Origin: Dehalococcoidia bacterium
GTDB taxonomy: Bacteria; Chloroflexota; Dehalococcoidia; Plut-88900
DNA: 64,000 nt
NCBI GenBank assembly: GCA_965197585.1
Contig: OZ240215.1
Coordinates: 672,001-736,000 of the forward strand
Reading direction: 5' to 3'
How positions within the stretch are numbered: position 1 is the first letter of the stretch; the number at the start of each line of letters is the position of its first letter. The notes under the pieces are model-generated. The model was not told the origin of the DNA. It did not search any database and saw only the letters and a list, made by a program, of their open reading frames with translations. Made by a program: the position numbers and the translations under genes. This document shows, piece by piece, positions 49,931-58,673 of the stretch.

Positions 49931-51679
49931 ATGGACAACGCTCAAATAGCTTCGGTATTCAACAACATCGGCGACCTGCTGGAACTGAAGGGCGAGGTGG
50001 TATTCAAGACCCGCGCTTACAAGAAAGCGGCGAGGGCGATCGAGCATCACCCGACCGAGCTTTCGCAGATTTTCCGGGAGGAGGGTGATGAGGGGCTGAG
50101 CAAGGTGCCGAGTGTCGGGCAGGCGATCAACAAGAAAGTACAGGAGCTGCTTTCGACAGGGCAACTGGAATACTACGAAAAGCTCAAGGGGGAGTTCCCG
50201 GAAGGTGTTGTGGAGTTGAAGGACGTGCCGGGTGTCGGGCCGAAAACTGCACTGAAGATCAGCCGGGACCTGGGGGTGACGAATCTGGAGGGGCTGGAGG
50301 CGGCGCTGAAAGAGGGAGCGGTGGCCGCATTACCGGGACTGGGGGAGAAGGCGGCAGCCAACATCCTGCGGCATCTGCAGACCCTGAGGACCAAGGACAG
50401 GCGAATATCGCTTGGCCGCGCGCTGTCGATGTTCGAGGACGTTGCGTCGGCGCTGAGGGGAGTACCCGGACTGCACCGGCTGGAGGCGGCGGGCAGCCTA
50501 CGGAGGCGGCGAGAGACTATCGGGGACATAGACCTGATGGGGACTGCGGACGACCCGGAGCCCGTGCTCAGGGCCCTTACCGAGCTCCCACAAGTTGCGG
50601 AGGTGCTGGTCCACGGGCCTAAGAAGGTAAGCGTGCTGCTTCAGCGAGGGATACAGGTGGACCTACGGATAGTTGAGGAGCGGGTCTACGGATCATTGAT
50701 CCAGTATTTCACGGGGAGCCAGCAGCACAACGTTCTGCTGAGAGAACGGGCGCGGCGGGCGGGGTTGAGCATCAACGAGTACGGGATCACGAATCTCGAT
50801 ACTGGGGAGGTGGAGATATTCGCTGATGAGGAGTCTCTGTATGAGCGGCTTGGATTGCAGTTCATCCCCCCGGAGCTAAGAGAAGGGCAGCACGAGATCG
50901 AGCGGGCGGCGGCGGGGGATATACCTGTGCTCATCGAGAGTAAGGACATTAGGGGAGACCTGCACGCGCATACCAACGAAAGCGACGGTCGAGACACACT
51001 GATGGAGATGGCGCTGGCGGCGAGGGCGGCGGGGCTGGAATACCTGGCGATTACCGACCATTCCTCGGGGCGGGGGATTGCCAACGGGCTGAGCAATGAG
51101 CGGCTGCGAGACCACATCGCCAACATCAGGGCGTTGAACGAGAGCCTGGACGGCATTGATCTGCTGACAGGCTCGGAGGTGGACATCAGGTCGGACGGAA
51201 GCCTCGACTATCCGGATGAGCTGCTGGAGCAGCTGGACGTGGTGGTGGCGTCGGTACACTCGGCGATGGGACAGCCGGAAGAAGTGATGACAGACCGTAT
51301 AATCAAGGCGATGCACAACCCGAACGTTCACATCATTGGCCACCCGACGTGCCGGCTGATTGGGGAGCGGGAACCGGTTCAGATGGACATAGAGGCTATA
51401 TTACAGGCGGCACGGGAGACGGGGACCGCAATGGAAATAGACGCACAGCCGGGGAGGTTAGACCTGAAGGACAAGCATATTCATCGGGCCAGGGAGTTGG
51501 GGGTTAAGCTGGTTATAGACTCGGACTCTCACACCACCGAGCAGTTCGGGAACTTGGGGTTGGGTGTGTCGATGGCCAAAAGAGGCTGGTGTGAGTCGAA
51601 AGACATTCTGAACACCATGCCAATGAGAGAATTCAGAGCCGCGCTAAAAGGCGGAGCGGTGATTGCGAGGGGAGGATGA
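49931..51679 (+). CDS. polX: DNA polymerase X / PHP 3'-5' exonuclease
   Basis: GSLRR..GDIDL, YFTGS, DLHAHT, ITDHS, DSDSH. Confidence 0.95.
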   Translation: MDNAQIASVFNNIGDLLELKGEVVFKTRAYKKAARAIEHHPTELSQIFREEGDEGLSKVPSVGQAINKKVQELLSTGQLEYYEKLKGEFPEGVVELKDVPGVGPKTALKISRDLGVTNLEGLEAALKEGAVAALPGLGEKAAANILRHLQTLRTKDRRISLGRALSMFEDVASALRGVPGLHRLEAAGSLRRRRETIGDIDLMGTADDPEPVLRALTELPQVAEVLVHGPKKVSVLLQRGIQVDLRIVEERVYGSLIQYFTGSQQHNVLLRERARRAGLSINEYGITNLDTGEVEIFADEESLYERLGLQFIPPELREGQHEIERAAAGDIPVLIESKDIRGDLHAHTNESDGRDTLMEMALAARAAGLEYLAITDHSSGRGIANGLSNERLRDHIANIRALNESLDGIDLLTGSEVDIRSDGSLDYPDELLEQLDVVVASVHSAMGQPEEVMTDRIIKAMHNPNVHIIGHPTCRLIGEREPVQMDIEAILQAARETGTAMEIDAQPGRLDLKDKHIHRARELGVKLVIDSDSHTTEQFGNLGLGVSMAKRGWCESKDILNTMPMREFRAALKGGAVIARGG

Positions 51680-52443
51680 CTTCGAAGGAGAGTGGAGACG
51701 TGGTAACCGAAGAGCTGCATGAGGAGGTGTCCTGGGAGTCGGGGATGTCTGAGGAAGGGACGCAAGCGGCGGAGGCGGCGATAGCGCACCTTAGAGAAGC
51801 GATAGAGGAAGGGAAGCACTGGTACCCGGCTCTCCTGGAGGCCATAGGGCTATGGGCCGCGCCGGAAGAGTTGTACCAGGGTCAACCGTTGTGCTATCTG
51901 ATAGCTGGGGAGGCCTTTGACTGGATGGTCTTGGCCCGTCGTTTGTGCGACAGCGTGGACGGGTTGATACCCAAGGAGGAGTTGGCCCAGCTGTTGGAGC
52001 GGACACATCCGCCGATAGAGGTGAGCAACGACGACTTCAAGAATATGGTCGGCGGGTCCAAATACCGGGCGCTTTTGAACTACTGGTATGGGGTGGACGT
52101 AGAGGAGGCGCTGGTGAAGGCCCTGGTGGAGTCGATTAGCAAGGAGCGAATGGCGGCGGGCCTGGCTTCGAAGAGGGACGTGTCGGACATGGCTTTTCAG
52201 AGGGCTTACGGCGGCACACGGGCCGCGTTGCTGGAGGAATTCGTTAAGGGTCGTGGGCAGGCTGTGGGGAAGGTGCTTTCGGAGACAGAGGCTAAAGAGT
52301 TCACCTACTGGCTCTTCAAGTACCGATTGGAGAACCACGACAAGGCAAGGGTGGCGAGCGATACGAAGCGTGGTCTCCAGTACCTCAAACGGCTTTCGCA
52401 GAAGAAACCGCCGGTGCGGATGCCTCCGATCAACGGTCGTTAG
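51676..52443 (+). CDS. Hypothetical protein
   Basis: ATGA-coupled to polX, GGAGG RBS, native codon usage; no family recognised. Confidence 0.75.
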   Translation: MTSKESGDVVTEELHEEVSWESGMSEEGTQAAEAAIAHLREAIEEGKHWYPALLEAIGLWAAPEELYQGQPLCYLIAGEAFDWMVLARRLCDSVDGLIPKEELAQLLERTHPPIEVSNDDFKNMVGGSKYRALLNYWYGVDVEEALVKALVESISKERMAAGLASKRDVSDMAFQRAYGGTRAALLEEFVKGRGQAVGKVLSETEAKEFTYWLFKYRLENHDKARVASDTKRGLQYLKRLSQKKPPVRMPPINGR

Positions 52444-52507
52444 GGGTCGGGGGCTTTGGGGTCAAGCCGGTGTTGATGCCATAGCCAACCTCATCCTCTC
52501 CCCTTTA

Positions 52508-52653
52508 GCGACCCTTGCATAGCTACAAATCGCACCTGTTGTGTCACCCAGATGACCTCCCCCCCGCTCATACTTCGAGAGCCTCAAGCCTCGGCGGATT
52601 TACGACAGCACGAGCGGCCCCGGCCCCTTCATTGCACGTTGTACAAAGGTCTC
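52508..52653. mobile_element. MITE-like element, copy 2, with a ~21-nt nested insertion
   Basis: Ends GCGACCCTTGCATAG / TTGTACAAAGGTCTC; internal palindrome interrupted by AGCCTCGGCGGATTTACGAC. Confidence 0.6.
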
Positions 52654-52668
52654 ATCTATGGAGACGGG

Positions 52669-53373
52669 TTAAGAGGCATGTCTAATCTTCTGGGCGTTCT
52701 TTAAAGCCTCGCGGCGGCTTAGTGGGCTTATGCGGTCTCGGTTGCGGGCTATGTAATCTTCGACCGTATCAAGATCCGTCCAAGCGAGAGAGCGAAGGGC
52801 CCAGCCGATGCCCTTGCGGATGAAGAAGTCGGGGTCGGAGAGGTTGGGGTCGATGCAGTCGAAGAGGAGGGCGAGGTCGGTGTGGGACTTGCGGTTGAGT
52901 TGGCAGATTATTGAAGAGCGGCGCTTCCACATATCACGGTCACGGCTCCATGCTCTCATTTCCTGAGACATCTCGGCGGGGTACTTCTCAAGTAGCTCTC
53001 GTAGGCGGCGGGAGGCGATGGAGTCAACGTAGTCCCACCAGGCGCCTGTTACTATCATCTCCTCGAAAAGGGTCCGGGTATCGAGGGTGCGGAAAGGCTC
53101 ATAGCGTTTAGCCCCGGCGAGATCCATAGCCGCATAGCGCTCCTCGCGATAAGAGGCGTTTCTCCACAAGTCCAGGACTGCGGCCATCCAATCTTCCTTG
53201 TCCCTGAAGGGGTGCCGCCGAAATACATCTTTGCAGAGTCGGCGCAACAGGGGCGTCTGGACGCCGCGGTAGGGCATATCCGACTTCATGTAGCGTTTCA
53301 TGCCCTCAGCCTTGGCGGGGTCTGCGTGCTCGGCGAGGGCCTGGCGGATTTCAGTGACCAGATCGAGGGTCAT
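52669..53373 (-). CDS. DNA alkylation repair protein (AlkD family)
   Basis: YMKS, REERY, WWDYVD, W..D..MWKRR, FFIRKGIGWALR, LSRREALK. Confidence 0.9.
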   Translation of the reverse strand: MTLDLVTEIRQALAEHADPAKAEGMKRYMKSDMPYRGVQTPLLRRLCKDVFRRHPFRDKEDWMAAVLDLWRNASYREERYAAMDLAGAKRYEPFRTLDTRTLFEEMIVTGAWWDYVDSIASRRLRELLEKYPAEMSQEMRAWSRDRDMWKRRSSIICQLNRKSHTDLALLFDCIDPNLSDPDFFIRKGIGWALRSLAWTDLDTVEDYIARNRDRISPLSRREALKNAQKIRHAS

Positions 53374-53385
53374 GGGATCTGGGAT

Positions 53386-54459
53386 CTAGTCGGCCGGACC
53401 CATACCGTACATCCGGCGGGTGTTGTCTGAAAGTATGGCCTTCTTGGCACTGTAGCTCAGGTCGTCCCGATTCCAGAACTGGCTTACGTTATCGGGGTAT
53501 TCGTTGTCCCAGTGAGGCCAGTCGGAGGCGTAGAAGAGGGAGTTTTCGCCGAGCAGCTCGACGACCTGGGGTATGAGATCCTCGGAGGGTTCGGCATGGA
53601 AGAAGACCATGTCGGACTTGATGTATTCGCTGGGCTCTTTCTTGCAACTCTTGGCTTCAAGATGCCCGCGCTTCTCCCACTCCTCATCCATCCGATTCAT
53701 GAAGAATGGGACCCAAGTGCAACCCCCCTCCAGGTATCCCACCCGGAGATTCGGGAACCTTTCGAAGATGCCTTCGTAGGTCATATGCACAAGCTGAAGC
53801 ATGTTAGACATGGGGAAAGAGGCGGTGTGCTTCTGGATGAACTTGTTGAAGCGCATGTACTCCGGGGTGTTTCCATGCACGGCAACCAGGCACCCCAAGC
53901 TCTGGGCCTCTTCATAGAAAGGATCGTACCTCCTGTCTCCCAGCCCCCCGAATCCGTGTGCGGGGAGCGTCACTCCTGAAAACCCCAACTCAGTTATGGT
54001 GCGCCGCATTTCCTTGACGCCTTCGCCGACATCTAGCAAGGGCACGAGTGATACGGCTCTCAAACGGGGACTCACCTTCAACCATTCATCGGAGACGTAG
54101 TTGTTGTAGGCGCGGGTGAGGGCAAGCATATAGTCAGGGTCGAAGATGTTGCCGTATCCGAGCAGGTTGGTCGGGAACAGGAAGGTGGTGTCCATCCCTC
54201 CCCATTCGAGGGCATCAAGCCAGTCCTTCGGAAATGGGTAACCCGGAGGCCCCACGCTTCCCATGCTTCCGCCCATAGTAGTGTCTACGAACGACGTATC
54301 GGCCAGACTGGTGGCGTGGCCGACGCGACCCTGACTATCGGGTACGCCTACCCAAAGGTTGTCGTTGTAGGGCGGTTCCAAATACTCCTTGATCCGGGAG
54401 ACGTCCTCAGCTATATGGCCATCGGCATCCATCACTTTAAACGGCAGTTCCATGTTCAA
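53386..54459 (-). CDS. Amidohydrolase_2 family protein
   Basis: DADGH, AYNNY, VH, LEGGCTWVP, ASDWPHWD. Confidence 0.9.
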   Translation of the reverse strand: MNMELPFKVMDADGHIAEDVSRIKEYLEPPYNDNLWVGVPDSQGRVGHATSLADTSFVDTTMGGSMGSVGPPGYPFPKDWLDALEWGGMDTTFLFPTNLLGYGNIFDPDYMLALTRAYNNYVSDEWLKVSPRLRAVSLVPLLDVGEGVKEMRRTITELGFSGVTLPAHGFGGLGDRRYDPFYEEAQSLGCLVAVHGNTPEYMRFNKFIQKHTASFPMSNMLQLVHMTYEGIFERFPNLRVGYLEGGCTWVPFFMNRMDEEWEKRGHLEAKSCKKEPSEYIKSDMVFFHAEPSEDLIPQVVELLGENSLFYASDWPHWDNEYPDNVSQFWNRDDLSYSAKKAILSDNTRRMYGMGPAD

Positions 54460-54525
54460 CCTCCTCCACTAAAGTCATCCAAGGCGTATTCGGACTAATG
54501 GTTGCTGTGGACCCGAACTATGAAG

Positions 54526-55974
54526 CTAGTGGGCGCCGTTTGTTCCGTTGACCCGAGCTATGGAGGTGGGGGGCGACTTGTGGAAGGAGATGGAAGCGTC
54601 CTTCCCAAGGCGGTTTTCCGCCTCAGCGATGGCGTCTTCTACTGTGTGGAAAGGCTCGAATCCCATGTGGCGGGCGACATCAAAGTCGGTGGCGCCGGCC
54701 AGGAACATGCCGGAGAGGTGTCGGGAGGGGGCGCCTCGGGTATTCCACATGAAGAAGGGGTGGGAGCCGTGGTAACCGTAGCCATAGCGGTACTTGTGGA
54801 TGAACTCGGGACGGTGGGCGAAGTCGTCGGAGAAGAGGTTCCAGAGCTCGTAGGGGTCCAGGGTCACGGGCAGAAGGCGCTCGTAGAATTCCCGGTAAGA
54901 GGGGTGGTGGATGTCGTCGAACTGGTTCTTGCAGGGGTGGGCGAGGATGATGATGCCCCCCGGTCGGATCAAGGGCTGATTCTGGAACATGCTGTAGGTG
55001 TACTCGAATCCCTGGTCGGTGACCAAGAGGGGATTGATGAAGGAGTTATGTGCGTAGCCCGTTTTGCTGGTGACGCCGTACAGGCCGATATCGCTCTGCC
55101 CATCGACATCCAGGACCTGGAGTGAGCTGAGGGCATCGAGAGTGTGGTTGTGGACGTCAGGGGTGTGGCCTGCGAATACGGCGGTTACCTCGGGGGGTTC
55201 GGTTGCGGTGACTACCGACTCGATGCTGAAGATGCGTCGGCCCTTTTTCGCCAGGTGATCTTCAATAACCTTGCCCTGCTCCCAGACGAGCTTGTGGAAG
55301 GATGAGATTTTGGGGTCCATTACGGACTTGCCGGAGGCGAAGGGGAAGGGCCTGTGGTGGTGCCTGATGCTGCGGAAGGTTCCGAGGCCGACGGCGACGG
55401 ACTTCCAGCCGCCGCCGAAGGGGATATGGGTGATGTTTAGGTAAATTAAGAGGTCGGAATCGGTGACGGCGCGGTTGACCTCGACCTCGAAACCGCGGTG
55501 GGTCTCGCCGAGGAATATCAGCTCGTCGGGGTTTTCGGCGTCGTGGCAGCGTAGGCGCTGGGCGGGCCAGAGTACGCTGATGCGCTCGCCGACGATGGGC
55601 GCCAGCTCAGAGCGGGTCCACTTGCGGTGGAGGGCGTTGGCGCAGAGGAGGAGGATGTCGGAAAGTTCGACGCCTGCCTTCTTGAGCTCTTCGAGCAAGA
55701 CGCTGATGGCTACTTGCCGGAAGTCGACGCCCTTGGTCTGGACGCCGCCGGGGTCGTCGAAGGCAATAGTGACCTTGGCGCCCTTGCCGACCAGCTTGTG
55801 GATGGGGTCATGGGCGATGGGGTTGGCGATGGCTTCCCTGATGGAGGCTTCCAAGTTCGCGACGGGCTTGGCGGAGGAGTGTCCGTTGGCCTGGAGGACC
55901 CTTGTGCGTTCCGGGAGGTCGACGTCCATCCAGTGGTCGCCGTACCAGAGCTGTTCCTTGATAGTAGATCCCAT
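54526..55974 (-). CDS. LarA (lactate racemase)-domain protein
   Basis: IAFDD, ANALHRK, HDAENP, FGGGWKS, HPSY, YHGSHPF. Confidence 0.82.
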   Translation of the reverse strand: MGSTIKEQLWYGDHWMDVDLPERTRVLQANGHSSAKPVANLEASIREAIANPIAHDPIHKLVGKGAKVTIAFDDPGGVQTKGVDFRQVAISVLLEELKKAGVELSDILLLCANALHRKWTRSELAPIVGERISVLWPAQRLRCHDAENPDELIFLGETHRGFEVEVNRAVTDSDLLIYLNITHIPFGGGWKSVAVGLGTFRSIRHHHRPFPFASGKSVMDPKISSFHKLVWEQGKVIEDHLAKKGRRIFSIESVVTATEPPEVTAVFAGHTPDVHNHTLDALSSLQVLDVDGQSDIGLYGVTSKTGYAHNSFINPLLVTDQGFEYTYSMFQNQPLIRPGGIIILAHPCKNQFDDIHHPSYREFYERLLPVTLDPYELWNLFSDDFAHRPEFIHKYRYGYGYHGSHPFFMWNTRGAPSRHLSGMFLAGATDFDVARHMGFEPFHTVEDAIAEAENRLGKDASISFHKSPPTSIARVNGTNGAH

Positions 55975-56127
55975 TGGAGGTCTCCTTCAGTGATGAGTTG
56001 TGGGTGTTGGGGAAGTATACAACACGGGGAGGGGATTCTCAGTATGCCTGGGGTTCGGGAGACGGCGTATTTAGTCCTCCTGAGGCGGATCTTCGACTGT
56101 GTGGGAATGAGTTGGAGGTGTGGGTGG

Positions 56128-56874
56128 TTAGGCGGGCTCCTTTCTGTGTGTGGGGGGACCGGAGACCGCACTCACATTCCGCTCTTGAGACCCTTCGATC
56201 CGCCTCAGCGGACCCGCTATAGCGGATGTTCCACTTTCAGCAAGCTGAGGGCGAGCCGGAATGCTCCACCCCAGGGCGATCGGCCGGTCGCCCCTGCGGA
56301 AGGATGACGGACACAGGGAAAGGGATGGGGACAGGGTGAGGATGAGGGTTGCCAGCGCTCCCTCTGCGGCCCGTGCCGCTGCGCGAAGAGTCGGGACGCG
56401 GGAGGTCATCCGCGGCGCAATGCCGCAGGCATCCGCTTCTACGCCGAGGAGGGTGAAGCGGGAGGTCATCCGCGGCGCAATGCCGCAGGCATCCGCTTCT
56501 ACGCCAAGGAGGGTGAAGCGGGAAATCATCCGCGGCGCAATGCCGCAGGCATCCGCTTCTACGCCGAGGAGGGCAGAGCGGGAATTCATCCGCGATAAAA
56601 CGCGGGCATCCACGGTCGTTGGGCAAGCTCGCTGGGGGTATGAGCCGTGGGTTATCATCCGCGGCGAGGGTACGCGGGCATCCGCGGCGCGATGGCGCTG
56701 CGGGGAATTGGGCCGAGAGGGAGCGCTGGCTATTAGGGACATCCTCAATGGGTCTAAGGGGTTGCCAAGGGACACGGGGTAGGGTTGGGGCCAAAGGAGG
56801 AGGCGCGTGCCGGTGGCCGGGCGGTCCCATACCGCTCGGTTACGACGGGCCGATTTGTGGGCCATGCGACTCAT
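56128..56874 (-). CDS. Hypothetical ORF with 20-aa repeats, N-terminus paralogous to 11546..12415
   Basis: AAAGGAGTCCC-ATG; MSR...RAVWDRPATGTRLL; GVEADACGIAPRM repeats; coding status of the 3' part uncertain. Confidence 0.35.
   Translation of the reverse strand: MSRMAHKSARRNRAVWDRPATGTRLLLWPQPYPVSLGNPLDPLRMSLIASAPSRPNSPQRHRAADARVPSPRMITHGSYPQRACPTTVDARVLSRMNSRSALLGVEADACGIAPRMISRFTLLGVEADACGIAPRMTSRFTLLGVEADACGIAPRMTSRVPTLRAAARAAEGALATLILTLSPSLSLCPSSFRRGDRPIALGWSIPARPQLAESGTSAIAGPLRRIEGSQERNVSAVSGPPTHRKEPA
56398..56690. repeat. 60-bp tandem repeat (three near-identical units plus two degenerate cores)
   Basis: GGAGGTCATCCGCGGCGCAATGCCGCAGGCATCCGCTTCTACGCCGAGGAGGGTGAAGCG at 56401, 56461 and 56521; TCATCCGCG..CGCGGGCATCC cores near 56586 and 56655. 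Confidence 0.92.
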
Positions 56875-56959
56875 GGGACTCCTTTGGTTCCGCCAGGGGG
56901 GCGGATGTTCCACCTTTCCTTTAATAGGGCCGATGTACTAGATCGACACCTGAAGATTT

Positions 56960-56989
56960 AAAATAGCACGTATGTTTTATTCATGTCAA
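56960..56989 (-). promoter_or_regulatory. Promoter with degenerate LexA-like box
   Basis: TTGACA-18 nt-TATTTT containing AAAC-ATAC-GTGC; same geometry as 12475-12504. Confidence 0.55.
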
Positions 56990-57250
56990 GGAGTCGGTGC
57001 TACATTTTGGGGCAAATGCCCCCATACCCCCCGGGAATAAATCGGCGCCCGCCCACCCGCTATTTTGATTTGTTCGAGGGGGAGGGTAGGGAATTGAGGG
57101 CTCAAAGTGAGGTGAGCGGGCAAATCCTAGATCCCTCGCAGGACCTCGGGATGACGTGGGGTAAGGGCGTCTGGAAGTAGTCGGGGATGGCCTCCAGGGT
57201 ATATGCCTACCAGGGAGGCAATCATCCTCACTCTAGCCCTCTCCCGCTGA

Positions 57251-57378
57251 AAGAACTTTGAGTAACTACCCACGCGGTTGCTATTGCCACCCTGACCCCA
57301 ATACTCCCCCGCTCATACTTCGAGAGCCTCAGCACGAGCGGCCCCACGCCCCTCCAACACAAATTATGCGAAGGTCTC
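57251..57378. mobile_element. MITE-like element, copy 3, inserted in a CCCTCTCCC-type REP
   Basis: Ends AAGAACTTTGAGTAA / TTATGCGAAGGTCTC; flanked by GCCCTCTCCCG and GAGAGATGGG half-arms. Confidence 0.6.
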
Positions 57379-57404
57379 TTGACGAGAGATGGGATATGAA
57401 AGGA

Positions 57405-58409
57405 TTAAGCAACGAAGGGGAGGACTTCTTCGGCGAAGTAGCGAATGGTCTCGTCGACCGTGGGGCCGGGGACCTCGGGGATGTGCTGGGGTGCGAGGAT
57501 TATCTCGTCCAGGCCCTCGACCGTGGACAACTGCTTTATGCAGGATATGGCATCTTCCCGGTCACCGCCGAGGGCGAAGCGGTCGATGTACTTGTCCGGG
57601 ATGCGGAACTCGTCCGAGACGTAGGAGCGGGAGTGCTTTGACGGGTTGTAGTTGGCCTTGAGCCTAGCGATCAAGGGAAGGTCTTCTTCGTCGAAAAGGG
57701 TGGGGTTGGACATGTTGATGATGACGCCGACGGGGCCGTTGAGCTTGCGTCTGGCGAGGGTGCGGTCGGGGCCGAGGCAGGCCTGAAGCCAGCAGGACAA
57801 CTTGGTGTCGGCGGGTTTTTTGCCTGCAGCCCTTGCGGATTCCTTGAACATCTCGACGCCTGCCGACATTTGGGCAGGGTCTCGTTCTCTGAGGAGGATA
57901 GCGCCGTCGGCCATGCGACCTGCGGCTCGGGTGAGCCGGGGGCCGGTGGCGGCTACGTAAATGGGTATGTCAGTCGGGGATTGCAGCCAGGCAAGTTTGG
58001 CCTTGCCGCCTTCGTCGAACTCCACGACCTCATTTTGGAGCAGGCCCTTGACCTGGCCGATGTAGGACTCGAGGCTGGCGATAGACTCGGGGCGGCGGCC
58101 TATGGAGCGCACTCCACTATCACCGGTGCTGATGCCGGCGCGGATGCGGCCGGGGGCCAGATCGTGAAGGGAGGCGAAGGCACTGGCCGTGACGCTGGCG
58201 TGTCGGGTGGTAGGCATGGTGACGCCTATACCGAGGGTGATGCTAGAAGTGTTGAGCGCGCAGGCCGTCATCTCCACGTAGACCTCTCGGCATATGCGTT
58301 GGAGGTCTCCGAACCAGACGGCATCGAAGCCCATGGCCTCGATATTCTTGACGCGTTCGACGATCTGGGGCATGGGCTGGTTGCCGAAGACACTGACGGC
58401 GAACTTCAT
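57405..58409 (-). CDS. LLM-class oxidoreductase (Mer-like, possibly F420-dependent)
   Basis: GFDAVWFGD, GIGVTMPTTRH, GISTGDS, PIYVAATGPR. Confidence 0.88.
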   Translation of the reverse strand: MKFAVSVFGNQPMPQIVERVKNIEAMGFDAVWFGDLQRICREVYVEMTACALNTSSITLGIGVTMPTTRHASVTASAFASLHDLAPGRIRAGISTGDSGVRSIGRRPESIASLESYIGQVKGLLQNEVVEFDEGGKAKLAWLQSPTDIPIYVAATGPRLTRAAGRMADGAILLRERDPAQMSAGVEMFKESARAAGKKPADTKLSCWLQACLGPDRTLARRKLNGPVGVIINMSNPTLFDEEDLPLIARLKANYNPSKHSRSYVSDEFRIPDKYIDRFALGGDREDAISCIKQLSTVEGLDEIILAPQHIPEVPGPTVDETIRYFAEEVLPFVA

Positions 58410-58511
58410 GAGTTATGACCTATGGGGGCATTGGACAAGTCTTGATGTGTAGGCATATTGCGATGAGTAGACATACTATCCAAAGTGGCCGCTTGTCTAA
58501 TCCTTCCTCCG

Positions 58512-58659
58512 CCCCCCGCTCATACTTCGAGAGCCTCAGCACGAGCGGCCCCACCCCGGGGAGGGGATCACCCTCACCCTAGCCCTCTCCCGTCGAGGGA
58601 GAGGGGATGGGATCCCGCCCCGCGCCACCCCTGGATTCCCGACTTCTCGGGAATGACGG
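58512..58659. repeat. Cluster of three REP-like families
   Basis: CCGCTCATACTTCGAGAGCCTCAGCACGAGCGG; CCCTCACCCTAGCCCTCTCCCGTCGAGGGAGAGGGG; TGGATTCCCGA..TCGGGAATGAC. Confidence 0.8.
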
Positions 58660-58673
58660 CTGTAGAGCGTTGG

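Noticed and set aside
56398-56600. CRISPR array
   Set aside because: Whole 60-bp units are near identical, so there are no unique spacers, and no cas genes are in the window
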